Shown here: positions 12,046 through 23,693 of the stretch, one piece after another
Layout of the letters: each line of letters starts with the position of its first letter
How positions within the stretch are numbered: the first letter of the stretch is position 1
From: an uncultured Nitrososphaerales archaeon
GTDB taxonomy: Archaea; Thermoproteota; Nitrososphaeria; Nitrososphaerales; Nitrososphaeraceae
Direction of reading: 5' to 3'
Assembly: GCA_963695855.1 (NCBI GenBank)
Contig: CAVOHZ010000010.1
Coordinates: 1,248,001 to 1,312,000, forward strand
Length of the DNA: 64,000 nt
Position numbers and translations under genes: made by a program
Notes under the pieces: generated by a model
What the model was told of the DNA's origin: nothing
What the model saw: only the letters and a program-made list of their open reading frames with translations
The model's database searches: none

Positions 12046-12243
12046 TTAGAACTCTTCATCATTTTCTTCTTCTTTTGGTTTACTCCAATAAAAGACATTT
12101 GCAGCACCACATCTTCTACATTTGTTCGTTGACTTTACATAATCCTTCCAGTTTAACACTTTCCTATCAACTATAGTATGGACTTTGTCTGGTTGGGAGA
12201 CAACAATCTCTGCTTCGCACTTCCTGCAGGTAACTACACTCAT
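12046..12243 (-). CDS. Small zinc-ribbon protein
   Basis: CRKC...CRRC, 65 aa. Confidence 0.7.
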   Translation of the reverse strand: MSVVTCRKCEAEIVVSQPDKVHTIVDRKVLNWKDYVKSTNKCRRCGAANVFYWSKPKEEENDEEF

Positions 12244-12590
12244 GATGATAATACAATATGTTTTTGGTTACCCATCTATCTATCTTTGTTTTTAAAAATT
12301 CAAGTTGTAGCTAGCATCAAAGGATTTGGATCACTATAACTTTAAATAAATTCCGTTATAAAAAAATAAACTACATTGTGATAATTACATTTACCCTAAC
12401 CTCTATATGAGCAACTCGACTTCTACTTCCGCAACTAAGATGCTCGAGTAATTTATTTTATCCCTTGTTCTCCGGAATTACCAAAAAAATGATGATATAC
12501 TAAATATATTTATGGACTATTCATTAGATATTTTTATTTTTAAAGTTCTAAAGAAAATTTAAAAAAAGATACTTTGTTATATGATTTACA

Positions 12591-13223
12591 TTGAATAAAA
12601 AAATTCCATTAATTGTTGGAATCCTCATTTTTAATGATGTAGAGATCTTAGATGTTGCTGGACCTTTTGAGGTATTTGCTGTCACTCGTTTAAATGAAAA
12701 ACGACGAGTAAAGCAATCGTCACCATTTAAAGTATATTTAATAGCTGAAAAGAATAAACAAATTACAGCAATTGGTGGTCTACGTTTAACTCCTGATGTA
12801 ACCATTAGTGAATGTCCGGAATTGGATTTATTGGTAGTACCTGGTGGATGGGGCACACGTAAAGAATCAAAAAATAAAATTCTATTAAATTGGATTAGTA
12901 ATCAATTTAATACTATTACTGATGATAGATTGATTGCCTCAGTTTGTACGGGATCTAGTATTCTTGGAAAAGCAGGCTTGTTAGATGGACGAGATGCAAC
13001 TACTCATTGGCGAGCTTTTGATTTCCTGCAGGAATCTGCACCGAAAGCACGAATTCTCAAAAATGTTAGATTTACATTGACTGAACCCATATTTACATCT
13101 GCTGGTGTTTCTGCTGGAATCGATTTAGCCCTTCGTATAGTAAGTCATTTTTTTGGAACTGAAATAGGACAAACTACTGCTCGCCAAATGGAATATCCTT
13201 ATCCTAGTAGTGACCAAAGATGA
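12591..13223 (+). CDS. DJ-1/PfpI family protein
   Basis: VEILDVAGPFEVF, VPGG, ASVCTG (catalytic Cys), TSAGVSAGID. Confidence 0.92.
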   Translation: MNKKIPLIVGILIFNDVEILDVAGPFEVFAVTRLNEKRRVKQSSPFKVYLIAEKNKQITAIGGLRLTPDVTISECPELDLLVVPGGWGTRKESKNKILLNWISNQFNTITDDRLIASVCTGSSILGKAGLLDGRDATTHWRAFDFLQESAPKARILKNVRFTLTEPIFTSAGVSAGIDLALRIVSHFFGTEIGQTTARQMEYPYPSSDQR

Positions 13224-14127
13224 TAATCTAATAAATTTCTAATAAATTTTGTTAATCTATAATGAGATTGGAAATAAAGTAAATCTATCACTAAACAAAA
13301 TGAGCTATCTGATTTTGTTACTGTTATTGAGTTTGAGAATATGATAAAGGAGATGATATTAAAAGCATCGTTGTATAAGTGGTTTCAAAAAATAACTATC
13401 AAAAGATTAAAACTTTTGGGAAAAGACGATTATTATATAATCTTCTAAATAGCGTTCTGTAAACTATTTGTCGGATTTACAACATAAATTTTGTATTTGC
13501 AATAGAATAATTTTTTCCACATAATTGATAGTATACCAAATCAACCAAAAATATTTCTCGTTGTAAAGTATCTATTGTATCGAAAATTTAGTCTTTATTG
13601 TGAGTATCAAAATAGATTTTAGTCATCTGAACTCTTTCTAGAATTAACTCTGGTATTAATTGGTATCCTGTGTTGATTTCAATTAACAAGAATTGTAAAT
13701 CCAAAAGAATTTTTAACTTTTGTCTTTATTTTTAAATGCTGCAGATGCTTTTCTGTCTTCTTTAAAATCGACATAAGTTGCAAAATTGAATGGAGTCGAA
13801 TTTATTACTAAATAAAATAATATTTATGTTAGGATTTTGTAAATCGACTTAATCTGCATAAGCAAATTCAACTACTTTAAACTGAAAATATTCTTATGTT
13901 AACCATCTTTAAATTTTGTCTTTAATAATTAAAGCATATACATATATTCTACTAATTCACGATAAAATTATTGATAATTAATTACACTAATATTAAAAAA
14001 TATGATAGGGTTATCAAATTAAAGTTCCGCTCATTGAATCGGTCTATTCTTTCAAATTTTAGCATCCGAACATGAAGATAGGTTTATGGAAATTAATAAA
14101 CGATTTGTAAAGAGATAGTATTTTATA

Positions 14128-16086
14128 ATGAACAATTACAAAAAAGTAAAAATAGATTTTTCTCTAAAAAGAGAAATATTTTTTGTAATAGTTGGAGCTA
14201 TCATAGGTGCAATTGTTTTTGTTATTCCTAAAACGATTTTTGAAGTAGTAATGGGAATGCCTTATTACTTATCATGGATAGTATTTGGACATGTCATTGG
14301 AGTATATTCATCAAATGTAATCGTAGCGGGTATAGGGATACATATGTTAACTGCTATTTCAATAGGAGTCGTGGTAGGCATCTTTTTGTATAAAACTGGA
14401 ATATTAAATATTAGTAAACCATCCAATGGAATAATATATGGAATCTTTGCTGGTACTGCAGTATTCATAATTTTCTTTATACCTGTGTATCAATTTGTTA
14501 TTACTCCCCAAACAATAGACACAATCCATAGAATGACTCAAAATGAACAAGAAGCAATCGAATATGAACTTTCATCACAATTACCAACTGTTTTGATAGG
14601 TTCTCTAGTTACCCACCTCGTTTTTGGTATTACTGTGGGTCTTGTTTCTTCTAGCCTTTCTATAAAATTTGGTACTCGATATAGGTGTGCAAAGTGCGAT
14701 ATATCTTTCGGTAGAATTGATTCATATCAAAAACATGCTGAACTAATACATGGAACCAAACCAATAGAACTAAAAAGGATAGTGATTTTGGGTGGCGGAT
14801 TTGCAGGAATAAAAATATTACAACAGTTACAAAAAGAATTTCAAGATAATATTGATGTAGATATAACTATTGTAAGTAGAGATAATTTTTTTCTCTTCAC
14901 TCCTATGCTCCCAGAAGTAGCTGCAAGTGCAATAGAGACAAGACATATAATTACACCGATCAGATCATTCTGCAAGAGAGCTAGGTTTTTTGAAGCATAC
15001 GTAGATTCAATAGATCTACAAAAAAAACATGTAAGCATCAGATATAATATAGGAAAACAGTCCATTCCATTAAATGACAGAGTAAAAGTTCTAAAATATG
15101 ATTATCTAGTTTTAGCACTTGGAGGAGACACCAATTTTTTTGACATAGAAAGTGCATCTAAAAATGCATTCACAATAAAGACTATTGGTGATGCGTTGTT
15201 ATTGCGAGATCATGTTATAAATATGCTGGAGCAAGCTGATATGGAATATGAAAATATAGAATTACAAAAAAGATTAATGACATTTGTAGTGGTAGGAGGC
15301 GGCTTTTCTGGTATAGAAACTGTTGGAGAATTAAATGATTTTGTTCGTGATTCTGTTAAACAGTATTATCACAACATTGATATCAAATATATTAAAATAA
15401 TATTGATAAATTCTGGATCAAGAATTTTACCAGAAGTCTCAGATGATTTATCAGATTTTACTCTAAACAAACTCGAAAAAAATGGAGTTCAAATTATCTT
15501 AAATAAAAGAGTTAAAGAAATAGATGAGAATTACGCGTTATTAAACGATGAAGAGAGAATATGGAGTAATACAGTAATTTGGGCGGGAGGAGTTAAACCG
15601 AATAACATTATAAGCAGTTTAAATTGCGAACATGATAGATCAGGAAAAATAATTACTAACGAATACCTAAAAGTAAATGGATATACAAGTATTTTTGCAC
15701 TAGGAGATTGTGCTTTTATAATCGACCCTAATACTGGAAAACCATATCCACCTACAGCTCAGCATGCATTAAGGGCAGCTAAAATAGCATCTAACAACAT
15801 AATTAATGAAATACACTCAAAGAAAAACAAGAAGAAAGAAGAATTAGTTTTTAACTACAAAACTAAAGGTATGATGGCTCTTATAGGAAAAAGAAATGGT
15901 GTAGGTTTAATATTTGGACACAAAATTCAAGGTTTTATTGGATGGATATTCTGGAGGCTATATTACTGGGGAAATCTTCCAACTACTGAAAGAAAATTGA
16001 GAGTAATGTTGGACTGGTTTATAGATCTATTCTTCAAAAGAGACATAACGAGAATAAAAACTCGGACAGAACATGCAGAAAATTAA
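14128..16086 (+). CDS. Type II NADH dehydrogenase-like FAD oxidoreductase with N-terminal TM domain and C2H2 finger
   Basis: GGGFAG and GGGFSGIE Rossmann motifs; ALGDCA; PPTAQHA; CAKC..H..H finger; about 4-5 TM helices. Confidence 0.88.
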   Translation: MNNYKKVKIDFSLKREIFFVIVGAIIGAIVFVIPKTIFEVVMGMPYYLSWIVFGHVIGVYSSNVIVAGIGIHMLTAISIGVVVGIFLYKTGILNISKPSNGIIYGIFAGTAVFIIFFIPVYQFVITPQTIDTIHRMTQNEQEAIEYELSSQLPTVLIGSLVTHLVFGITVGLVSSSLSIKFGTRYRCAKCDISFGRIDSYQKHAELIHGTKPIELKRIVILGGGFAGIKILQQLQKEFQDNIDVDITIVSRDNFFLFTPMLPEVAASAIETRHIITPIRSFCKRARFFEAYVDSIDLQKKHVSIRYNIGKQSIPLNDRVKVLKYDYLVLALGGDTNFFDIESASKNAFTIKTIGDALLLRDHVINMLEQADMEYENIELQKRLMTFVVVGGGFSGIETVGELNDFVRDSVKQYYHNIDIKYIKIILINSGSRILPEVSDDLSDFTLNKLEKNGVQIILNKRVKEIDENYALLNDEERIWSNTVIWAGGVKPNNIISSLNCEHDRSGKIITNEYLKVNGYTSIFALGDCAFIIDPNTGKPYPPTAQHALRAAKIASNNIINEIHSKKNKKKEELVFNYKTKGMMALIGKRNGVGLIFGHKIQGFIGWIFWRLYYWGNLPTTERKLRVMLDWFIDLFFKRDITRIKTRTEHAEN

Positions 16087-16582
16087 TTTGCAAGAATGGA
16101 AAGACAGCTTAAGCTACGGTGAGATGAATAATAGAATACTTATTTCATGTATCAAAAGAATGTTTGGAGAATATGTTACTCTATCAAATTTGAGAACACG
16201 ATAAAGGACATTATACTAAAAGTATCATTGTACAACTTGCCTCAAAGTATAACTGTTACCTGATTACTAGTTGGATTCGAATAAATAACGATTATCCGAG
16301 TTACTCAACAAAGCATAAATAATCTAAACCTTATGCGACTTTTTTTTAAGAATGATTCAAAACAAAAAACTCTGCCTTGTAATAATAATTTGTTTTTAAG
16401 TATGCTTAGATCCTTTAGGAAAACTTTTCCAAGTGTCATTATTGTTTTTTTAGTGATGATATAAAAATAACCTGAGAGATTTTACCATTCAAAAAACAAA
16501 GCCAATAATAAAAATTTTTATTATAATGGATTTTTAAACTAAAATTCACACAGAATTAACAAACAACTACATTATTTACTAT

Positions 16583-17143
16583 TTGTTTTATAGGATAGTT
16601 ATGTCAAAAGAAGAAATAGCAAAATCAATAATTTCTCAAGAGATATGTCAAATATATTCTGATGCGTCTAAAATCAAAGAAAATGGATGTGCAGCATGTC
16701 ATGTGCTATTTACCTTAGTTGATAAAATGCAGATAAGTGAACAAGATGCTTCAGAATTACTATCAGAGATTCTAACCAATGAACCAAATCTAAATGATCA
16801 ATTTATTGAAATGATCGAAACTATTCATATGAAACAAAGAATGATTGGTGTAACATTTTCAACTAAAACCAGACAAGCTAAAGATCGGTATATAGATTTA
16901 AATCTAAAAAACTTTTTGGAAGAACTATCAACCGATTTGGTAAATTATGGTAGTGATATAATATTACGTAAACTACTTTTATCGTCAATTTCATTACAAA
17001 TAGCACAAAATATAGGAATAGACCATCATTCAGCAACTGAAGAACTTTATTATTATATTCGTAAAAATGAACAGAATACAGATCAAAATATAACACAGTT
17101 CATTGACAAATTTTATGAAAGAATCATAAAAAGTAACAAATGA
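16583..17143 (+). CDS. Hypothetical protein with CAACH motif
   Basis: 186-aa ORF, likely start MSKEE at 16601. Confidence 0.7.
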   Translation: MFYRIVMSKEEIAKSIISQEICQIYSDASKIKENGCAACHVLFTLVDKMQISEQDASELLSEILTNEPNLNDQFIEMIETIHMKQRMIGVTFSTKTRQAKDRYIDLNLKNFLEELSTDLVNYGSDIILRKLLLSSISLQIAQNIGIDHHSATEELYYYIRKNEQNTDQNITQFIDKFYERIIKSNK

Positions 17144-17204
17144 GGTATTAGCAATATTTATAATGTTAAAATTTATGATATTAAAATTAATTTAGTTTAA
17201 TCAA

Positions 17205-17243
17205 GATCAGAGGACTTCGAGTATGACATGTAATTGGGATCGG
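17205..17243 (+). repeat. att-like repeat, type B
   Basis: GAGGACTTCGAGTATGACATGTAATTGGGATCGG. Confidence 0.72.
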
Positions 17244-17657
17244 CACTCTCATATTTGGTCATTTAGTACCTCATTTGAAATCTTTACCATATATTTCTGA
17301 GAGAATTTTGAAATAAAGACAAAGGGAATCAATGGAATTTGAAATTGAACGCTTCTATAAAATGGGACCAGTTACTTTTTGAATAAATTACTGTTATTTA
17401 TCCTCTACTTTCGAATTTTTATTTCAAAATTTTTTAGTTTTCCAGGTCATATATAGAAATTGGAGGATACTTTTGATCTAGATCTTTAACTATTTTAGTC
17501 TTTTCTAGATTGGAGCATCATCAACAATACGTTTGATTGCTACAGTTGTTTTAGGCATTTCTTTAGTTCCTTGAGCTATTTCATCGGTCATACCTGCAGT
17601 ATTTCTATACTGTGTTTAAAATGAAGATATTGGTTGTTATTGTCTTTGTATTTTTAC

Positions 17658-17776
17658 GGGCCTGTTAAGTTAAGTATAAAATATAAGATATGTTTTGTTT
17701 GTCTATAATGTTCTACACTCAATTTTAGTAGATTTTTTCAATTTAATTTGTAGTTTTTGCTTAACTTAACAGAGCC
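17658..17776. mobile_element. IS6-derived MITE (119 bp) with 8-bp TSD
   Basis: TIRs GGGCCTGTTAAGTTAAG / CTTAACTTAACAGAGCC flanked by ATTTTTAC at 17650-17657 and 17777-17784. Confidence 0.9.
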
Positions 17777-17911
17777 ATTTTTACTCAATAATTGATATAG
17801 ATAACATATAATATAAATCCTATAATTTAAGACAATAAATACATAATTTTTACATTTACATTTATATTATAAATACAAACATCTAAAAATATTATATATC
17901 TATATGCATTA

Positions 17912-18529
17912 TTATCTTATTTTATTACCTAATTCTTCAATAAAAGCAATTTCTGATAATGGTTTTCTTTCTCTAGGGGAATTAGCTTTTTCTCTATATC
18001 TTTCAGGTAATATTTCGTGAGAATCTTGGTATCCAATTGCTATCATTATACCTATTTCATATTCATCGGGAATATTGAAAACTTTCACCGCTTTGTCTCT
18101 ATCAAATCCACCCATTTCATGCATAATTAATCCTTGATTGAATGATTCAAGAAACATATTTTCATTGGCTGCACCTAAATCGTGAAAGTGAAGTCTATTA
18201 TAAATTCCATTATTAGAATAAGTTTTCTTTGTTATTGCACAAATTAAAATTGGAGCTCGTTTAGCATAATTGTTTATTTCCAATAATACTGATCTTGCTT
18301 TATCAAGCTTCTCTGGATTATCATCTGTAAAAACTATGTAACGCCATGGTTGTTCATTACGCGATGATGGTGCCCATCTAGCGGCTTCGAGAATAGAAAG
18401 TAATTTTGATTTTTCTACTTTTTTAGTTGAAAATGCTCTTGCACTCCATCGTCTTGCAATTAACTTATGTATTGGAAAATCTGTATTTGCTATTTTTGTT
18501 ATCAAATCATTATTATTTTTATCACTCAC
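17912..18529 (-). CDS. Nitroreductase family protein
   Basis: RWSARAF, AARWAPSSRNEQPW, MGGFD, IAIGY. Confidence 0.93.
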   Translation of the reverse strand: MSDKNNNDLITKIANTDFPIHKLIARRWSARAFSTKKVEKSKLLSILEAARWAPSSRNEQPWRYIVFTDDNPEKLDKARSVLLEINNYAKRAPILICAITKKTYSNNGIYNRLHFHDLGAANENMFLESFNQGLIMHEMGGFDRDKAVKVFNIPDEYEIGIMIAIGYQDSHEILPERYREKANSPRERKPLSEIAFIEELGNKIR

Positions 18530-18607
18530 AAAAAATCACCAATTTCTCTTACTTTTTTTTGTTGTCCTTTGCTTTTATATTCTATCCATTTTACTCTTTC
18601 AAAATAG

Positions 18608-18675
18608 ATGTATATGAACCCCGATATAATACTGGCTCGGAGAATAGTTAACTGTTTTGACAAATTTTGTAGTCA
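18608..18675 (+). repeat. att-like repeat, type A
   Basis: ATGTATATGAACCCCGATATAATACTGGCTCGGAGAATAGTTAACTGTTTTGACAAATTTTGTAGTCA. Confidence 0.85.
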
Positions 18676-18765
18676 ACAAAAATAAAATGATAGATAGCGA
18701 CCTAAATTTTAAGTTATAAAACATGAATCATAAATATATAAAATGAGTTAGTAATAATTACAAGG

Positions 18766-19344
18766 TTGAACAAAAAGGTTGAATTTGATGGAGATAATGG
18801 CATCAGAAGAAATAACAAATCAATAAATGAACAAGTCATTAGAGATTCTGTTAAATGGAGTATTACAGAATATTCTGTATTTGTTAGTAAGATAGTAAAA
18901 AGAGCTTTAAGCTTGAATACTGATAAGAAACTTGAAAAAGGTTGGTTCTCTGGAATTTATGTGAATTATCAAGGAGAAATAAATTTCACCGATCCTTTCA
19001 CTATGGAAAATAGACCTGCTAATAACGACATTATAGGAGCAGTTGGATCATTCAATCTTAATGATTCTCAAGAATATTATGTCATTCCAGAAACAAACAA
19101 TAAATTTGTAGAAGTATTAGATAATAAAGGAGAAACTGATCCTGATTTTCCTTTAAAAGATTATCCTTTACATTTAATACACATTTCTTCAGATTCTAAA
19201 TATGCCAGTAAAGTGAGTATAAGAAAGTATGATGATGCTGTCTCTAATTTTATTAAAAATGAAATTCAAAAAGGTTCATTTTTAAATTTATTCGAGATAT
19301 ACATTGAAGAGAAAATAAATAAATTAAATAATTTAAATAAATAA
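18766..19344 (+). CDS. Hypothetical protein
   Basis: 192-aa ORF lying between two att-like repeats. Confidence 0.65.
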   Translation: MNKKVEFDGDNGIRRNNKSINEQVIRDSVKWSITEYSVFVSKIVKRALSLNTDKKLEKGWFSGIYVNYQGEINFTDPFTMENRPANNDIIGAVGSFNLNDSQEYYVIPETNNKFVEVLDNKGETDPDFPLKDYPLHLIHISSDSKYASKVSIRKYDDAVSNFIKNEIQKGSFLNLFEIYIEEKINKLNNLNK

Positions 19345-19362
19345 TATTACTATTTAGTTGAT

Positions 19363-19393
19363 AATTCTCATTATAGCAGAGTTCGGTAACATA
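19363..19393 (+). repeat. att-like repeat, type C (right arm only)
   Basis: AATTCTCATTATAGCAGAGTTCGGTAACATA matches 34039-34068. Confidence 0.75.
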
Positions 19394-19947
19394 ATATAAT
19401 AATAAGTTTTTGATTATTCCATGAATTATTTATTAGTGATACAAATTTAAAATCAATTAAAAAAGTAAAAGATAACTTAGCAGATCCGTCTAATCTGTAT
19501 TTTCGTAGATATTGATATCTTTGACAGGAATGATATGGCATCATTGTGATTGTATTATTTAATCTAGTATGCTATAATTGTAATAAGATTCAATACTATA
19601 AATTTGTAGATTGCAGATAAAGACAAAGACAATAATAATATAATATAATCAGAAATAGGAACAAACAAAATAAAATTCTAAGAATATTCCAATTACTATT
19701 TCTTTAATAAATTCAATTTAAGTATTTTACACTTTGCACAATTATTACTACTATTTGATTTGCATTTACTAGAATTATTCATTTATAGTTAGATCTTTCG
19801 TCAAATTAACAAGACCCTAATTTTCTATGAGCACATATAATTTTCTAATTATCATGAATAATATTTTAGCTGTATTTGTAAGATGTTTATAGCATATAGA
19901 AGGATTTAAAAAATACTATAATAAACAACTAAAAAATTGAGTTAAAG

Positions 19948-20490
19948 TTATTTATTTAGTTTCCATATCTTGGTTATTGAATTTCCATTTTGATCTATTT
20001 CATCTGCATATACCCCAACTATATTATTTAGTACAGATAGTACTCCAGTATTAGTAGTATCAAAATTCACCGATCCCAAGTTTCTTAATTTTCCATCATC
20101 ATTAAGCTTTCCAATGCCACTAAAAGTATATTTTGCTACCTTATTATCGAGTGTTATAAGTATCCCGTGACCTTTTGTGTACTTATAGCCATCGTCCTTT
20201 AAACTAGACCAAGCAGTTCCAAAATCTATTATAGGAATATTTCCATTTAGTGTACCATTACCTGACCAAGATACTTCTAGTTCTGGTTTATCAATATTTG
20301 TTAATCTCATTCCTCCACCTTGTCCTTTCAATACTAATAGTAATTCGCCTATACTTACAGAAAGATCTTTAGTGGAAGTTGTATTTGTCATGTTATTCAT
20401 ATTAGTTTCCATTTGTGCATTAATCGTACTTGATGTTGTCAAAAAAAATATTGACATAACCAGTATTCCAAAAGTTATTAGATATTTCAT
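19948..20490 (-). CDS. Secreted hypothetical protein
   Basis: Signal-peptide-like N-terminus, 180 aa. Confidence 0.75.
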   Translation of the reverse strand: MKYLITFGILVMSIFFLTTSSTINAQMETNMNNMTNTTSTKDLSVSIGELLLVLKGQGGGMRLTNIDKPELEVSWSGNGTLNGNIPIIDFGTAWSSLKDDGYKYTKGHGILITLDNKVAKYTFSGIGKLNDDGKLRNLGSVNFDTTNTGVLSVLNNIVGVYADEIDQNGNSITKIWKLNK

Positions 20491-20587
20491 ATCTAATTAT
20501 TTATATATAAATTCTAGACTAAAAATATTTGTTAAATTAGACAAATGAAAAATTAGTAAAATCAAAATATATTAAAGAGTTTAACTT

Positions 20588-20641
20588 TACTTTGCTAATT
20601 TCTTCTACATTTTTCAGAACAGTTTCAAGTGTCTGTGGCAT
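20588..20641 (-). pseudogene. Short 5' stub (MPQTLETVLKNVEEISK), putative integrase N-terminus
   Basis: Near-identical to the stub at 35410-35478; integrase identity is from recall only. Confidence 0.45.
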
Positions 20642-20644
20642 TAA

Positions 20645-20872
20645 GATATCTTTTATTTTTCATACATAATTAAAGTTATTTTGCACAATATCGAATAATA
20701 TCTTTGTGTCAGCTCTATTGATCTATTGCAATTTTCTGTAGTCCCTGCAACAAGTCTATTTATGAAATTTGTTGAATTACCTGTATAATCTTGTATTTTT
20801 TTTATCTATTGTGTTATGTGTTTGCTAATATCTTTATGGAATATTGAAATTTTTCCATGACTTATTGATGTT
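20645..20872 (-). pseudogene. Degenerate 3' half of the 666-1223 / 63384-63947 family
   Basis: Nucleotide similarity, e.g. ACATAATTAAAGTTATTTTGCACAAT and GGAATATTGAAATTTTTCCA. Confidence 0.7.
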
Positions 20873-20879
20873 GGGCCCA

Positions 20880-21168
20880 ATTTTTTCTTTATATTATAGT
20901 ATGATGAATATTTTTTTTCATATAGTTAGAAATAAAATATAAGATTCCGTACTTATCCCTCATTTTCGTTACTAAATTATTTTTATCAAAAATACTTGTA
21001 TGATGTTGAATACTTTTATAATTTGGTCGTAATTCTTCTTAAATTTTATTGATATTTAATGGATTTTTTATCAGAAGATCAAGGATTTTAATACGATTAT
21101 CGCCTCCTCTGGTCCCTGCAAAAAGAAACCATAACAATCGAATTATATCGGGATCAGGTATTGAGCAT
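20880..21168 (-). pseudogene. ArsR-like wHTH regulator pseudogene, paralog of 29470-29835
   Basis: PDPDIIRLLWFLFAGTRGGDNRIKILDLL...INKI*EELRPNYKSIQHH, with internal stop; absent from the ORF track. Confidence 0.75.
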
Positions 21169-21205
21169 CAACAACAGTAGATAAGAAGTACAAAAAAAGT
21201 TATTT

Positions 21206-21574
21206 TCAAACTACTATTACTTCATTTCCTTCTTTTATCATATTGCCGACGCTTACATGACCAGGACCACTACTTAATACTATGTTTGATTTGATTAATT
21301 TCTCATTAACCTGAAAAAGGTCGGCACAAAAATTACACGCTACTTTCAAGATCCCTTTTTCAATAACTTCATTATATAATGGTTTTATAAATTCGTGTAT
21401 TTTACTATCTACAATTTTAACTCCCTCTCAATCCAAAATTAGTTCAGATTCTATTCCATTCCTATCTAAATCCAATGCATATTCATATGCATGTAATGTT
21501 CTTGCAATGTCAGATGGTTGTGCTAATGCAACAACTACCACATTCTTTTCATTTTTAATTTCTGTTCTATCCAT
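21206..21574 (-). pseudogene. DsrE-like protein with internal TGA
   Basis: MDRTEIK...ELILD*EGVK...ACNFCA...EVIVV; 123 codons, stop at codon 49. Confidence 0.72.
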
Positions 21575-21795
21575 AATATAGGTTGGTATATTTTACTAAT
21601 ATTTAGGTCGGAATAAGATTTTAATTTTTAATACCAAATTGGAAATTTCGCAATTTTTATCTAAAATATTTTTTGTTCTATGTAGGTAAAAAAATAGAAA
21701 TAAAGATTGTTTTTTTATTATCTAAATTGTACATCGATTCATTATTCTTTACGATTTTATGAAGAATAACTAATTAGCATGCTATTGCTTGATTT

Positions 21796-22752
21796 TTGTT
21801 AGGAATGTCTGTTTTCAATAGATCTTATTATAGAATGTTTAAACCGAAACAATTGACATTAGGAGTGATATTTGCAATTGAAGCTTATGAAGGAGCAATT
21901 CCTAAAATGGAAAGACAGGTAGAGTTGGCTCAACGTGCAGAAGAGCTAGAATTTTCAGCATTATGGTTTCGCGATGTCCCTTTACATGATCCTGGATTTG
22001 GAGATGTAGGACAAATTTATGATCCATGGGTTTACCTTGGATATATTGCTGCACATACAAAGACTATAGCTTTAGGAACTGCGGCTATCATCTTCCCTTT
22101 AAGGCATCCAATTGACTTGGCAAAAGCAGCTTTTTCTGTTGATCACTTAAGTAATGGACGATTGATACTTGGGATAGCATGTGGAGATAGACCTATTGAG
22201 TATCCAGCATATGGAATAGACTTTGAGATTAGAGATGTACTTTTTAGAGAAGGCGTTAATGATTTTCGCCGATTATCTGAAAGTTTTCCAAAATATCATT
22301 CGAAATTGGGATTATTAAATGGAGAAGTTGATCTTTTACCAAAACCTACATCTAGAAAACTATCATTATTTGTTACAGGAAATAGTAGGCAAACTATTGA
22401 TTGGATTGCTGAAAATTCAGATGGATGGTTAATGTATCCTAGAGAAGTTCTTTTGCAACAACGTACTATAACTAATTGGAATAATGCAGTCAAAAAAACT
22501 GGAAGTAGTTTTAAACCATTTGCTGAGTCATTATACATAGACTTGACTAAAGACCCTGATGCTAATTTCGAGCGAATTCATCTTGGCTATAGATTAGGAA
22601 GAAACAAATTATTTAAACATCTGATGGATCTAAAGGAAATTGGTGTAAATCATGTCCTTTTTAATCTTAAATATAGTAAGCGTCCTGCAGATGAAGTGTT
22701 AGAAGAACTAGGAAAATTCATAATACCATATTTTCCCCCTTTGAATGAATAA
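21796..22752 (+). CDS. LLM-class (luciferase-like) oxidoreductase
   Basis: LWFRDVP, DPWVYLGYIA, SVDHLSNGRLILG. Confidence 0.9.
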   Translation: MLGMSVFNRSYYRMFKPKQLTLGVIFAIEAYEGAIPKMERQVELAQRAEELEFSALWFRDVPLHDPGFGDVGQIYDPWVYLGYIAAHTKTIALGTAAIIFPLRHPIDLAKAAFSVDHLSNGRLILGIACGDRPIEYPAYGIDFEIRDVLFREGVNDFRRLSESFPKYHSKLGLLNGEVDLLPKPTSRKLSLFVTGNSRQTIDWIAENSDGWLMYPREVLLQQRTITNWNNAVKKTGSSFKPFAESLYIDLTKDPDANFERIHLGYRLGRNKLFKHLMDLKEIGVNHVLFNLKYSKRPADEVLEELGKFIIPYFPPLNE

Positions 22753-23167
22753 ATTTTCAGAAAATAGAAAATATATGACAAGCCAAAATTCATCATGTAA
22801 GTTGTTATACTATATCTTCCTAATCTCTCGTGTAAATATTCAGATACTGCGTCTTTTTGTTCTTCTATATTGGTATAGAATCTATTTACATGTACATTCA
22901 TTTTTATATTATGATTTGCTTTCATTTCATTTGGATTTATGGAGTCGTCTTTGGAAGATGTATTACAAGTAAAGGTAGAATATTTACAATATATACAATG
23001 AAACGACTTTTTTATATATATCCATTTTATAATATTCCAAAATATTTTTATAAAATTTTAAAAGTGTTCTAAATAGAAAAACAAACTAACTATAAAATAA
23101 AAATTTTATTGTAATAGTTTTTCTATTTCATTTTAGCACCGACAACTGACTCCCGGCAGCCATATTT

Positions 23168-23350
23168 TCAAGATTTTTTAATTTTAGCTTTTATCTTTTC
23201 CTGCATTTCAGGCTTCATCACATATTCACGAGTGTAGCCGTGGTCCTTAATTGCATGATCAACCAAATTATTCATTAATTCTTCTTCTGTTTCACCAGTT
23301 CCTCTGAAATCACAGTTTACTCCAACATCTCTACATGACACAGATAACAT
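23168..23350 (-). CDS. DUF1059-like small metal-binding protein
   Basis: CRDVGVNCDF...EEEL...HA..DHG. Confidence 0.85.
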   Translation of the reverse strand: MLSVSCRDVGVNCDFRGTGETEEELMNNLVDHAIKDHGYTREYVMKPEMQEKIKAKIKKS

Positions 23351-23693
23351 TACAAAGATTATGATTGCATTCTATTTAAGTTCATGTCTTCGAGGACGTT
23401 AAAAAGAAGGACAAGGATGATGATAACGACGAGGATAATGATTAAGACTACTTCTGATAAATATTTAATTTTCTATAACAATCACAATATTAACTTGGTA
23501 AAATAAAGTAAATTAGTTTAGATGTTAATCATACATCTTTAGATTTTTGTCATGTGTAAAAATAAATATAAGTATATAACATACAATGCTCACAGAATGG
23601 TGAAGTTGGTTTTTATGATGATCGTTTCTACAAAGCCAAAGATGTTTGTAATCTATTAATATTCAATTGTTATTAAAAAAAAATCAATTGAGT

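Noticed and set aside
16583-17143. CAACH as a c-type heme site
   Set aside because: No signal peptide or other cytochrome c features; more likely a cytoplasmic metal site.
21206-21574. Selenocysteine readthrough of the internal TGA
   Set aside because: The TGA falls where DsrE-like proteins usually have Gly (one change from GGA), not Cys, and the neighbouring gene is also decayed.
23147-23162. GACTCCCGGCAGCC as another tRNA fragment
   Set aside because: Too short, single copy, no full T-loop.
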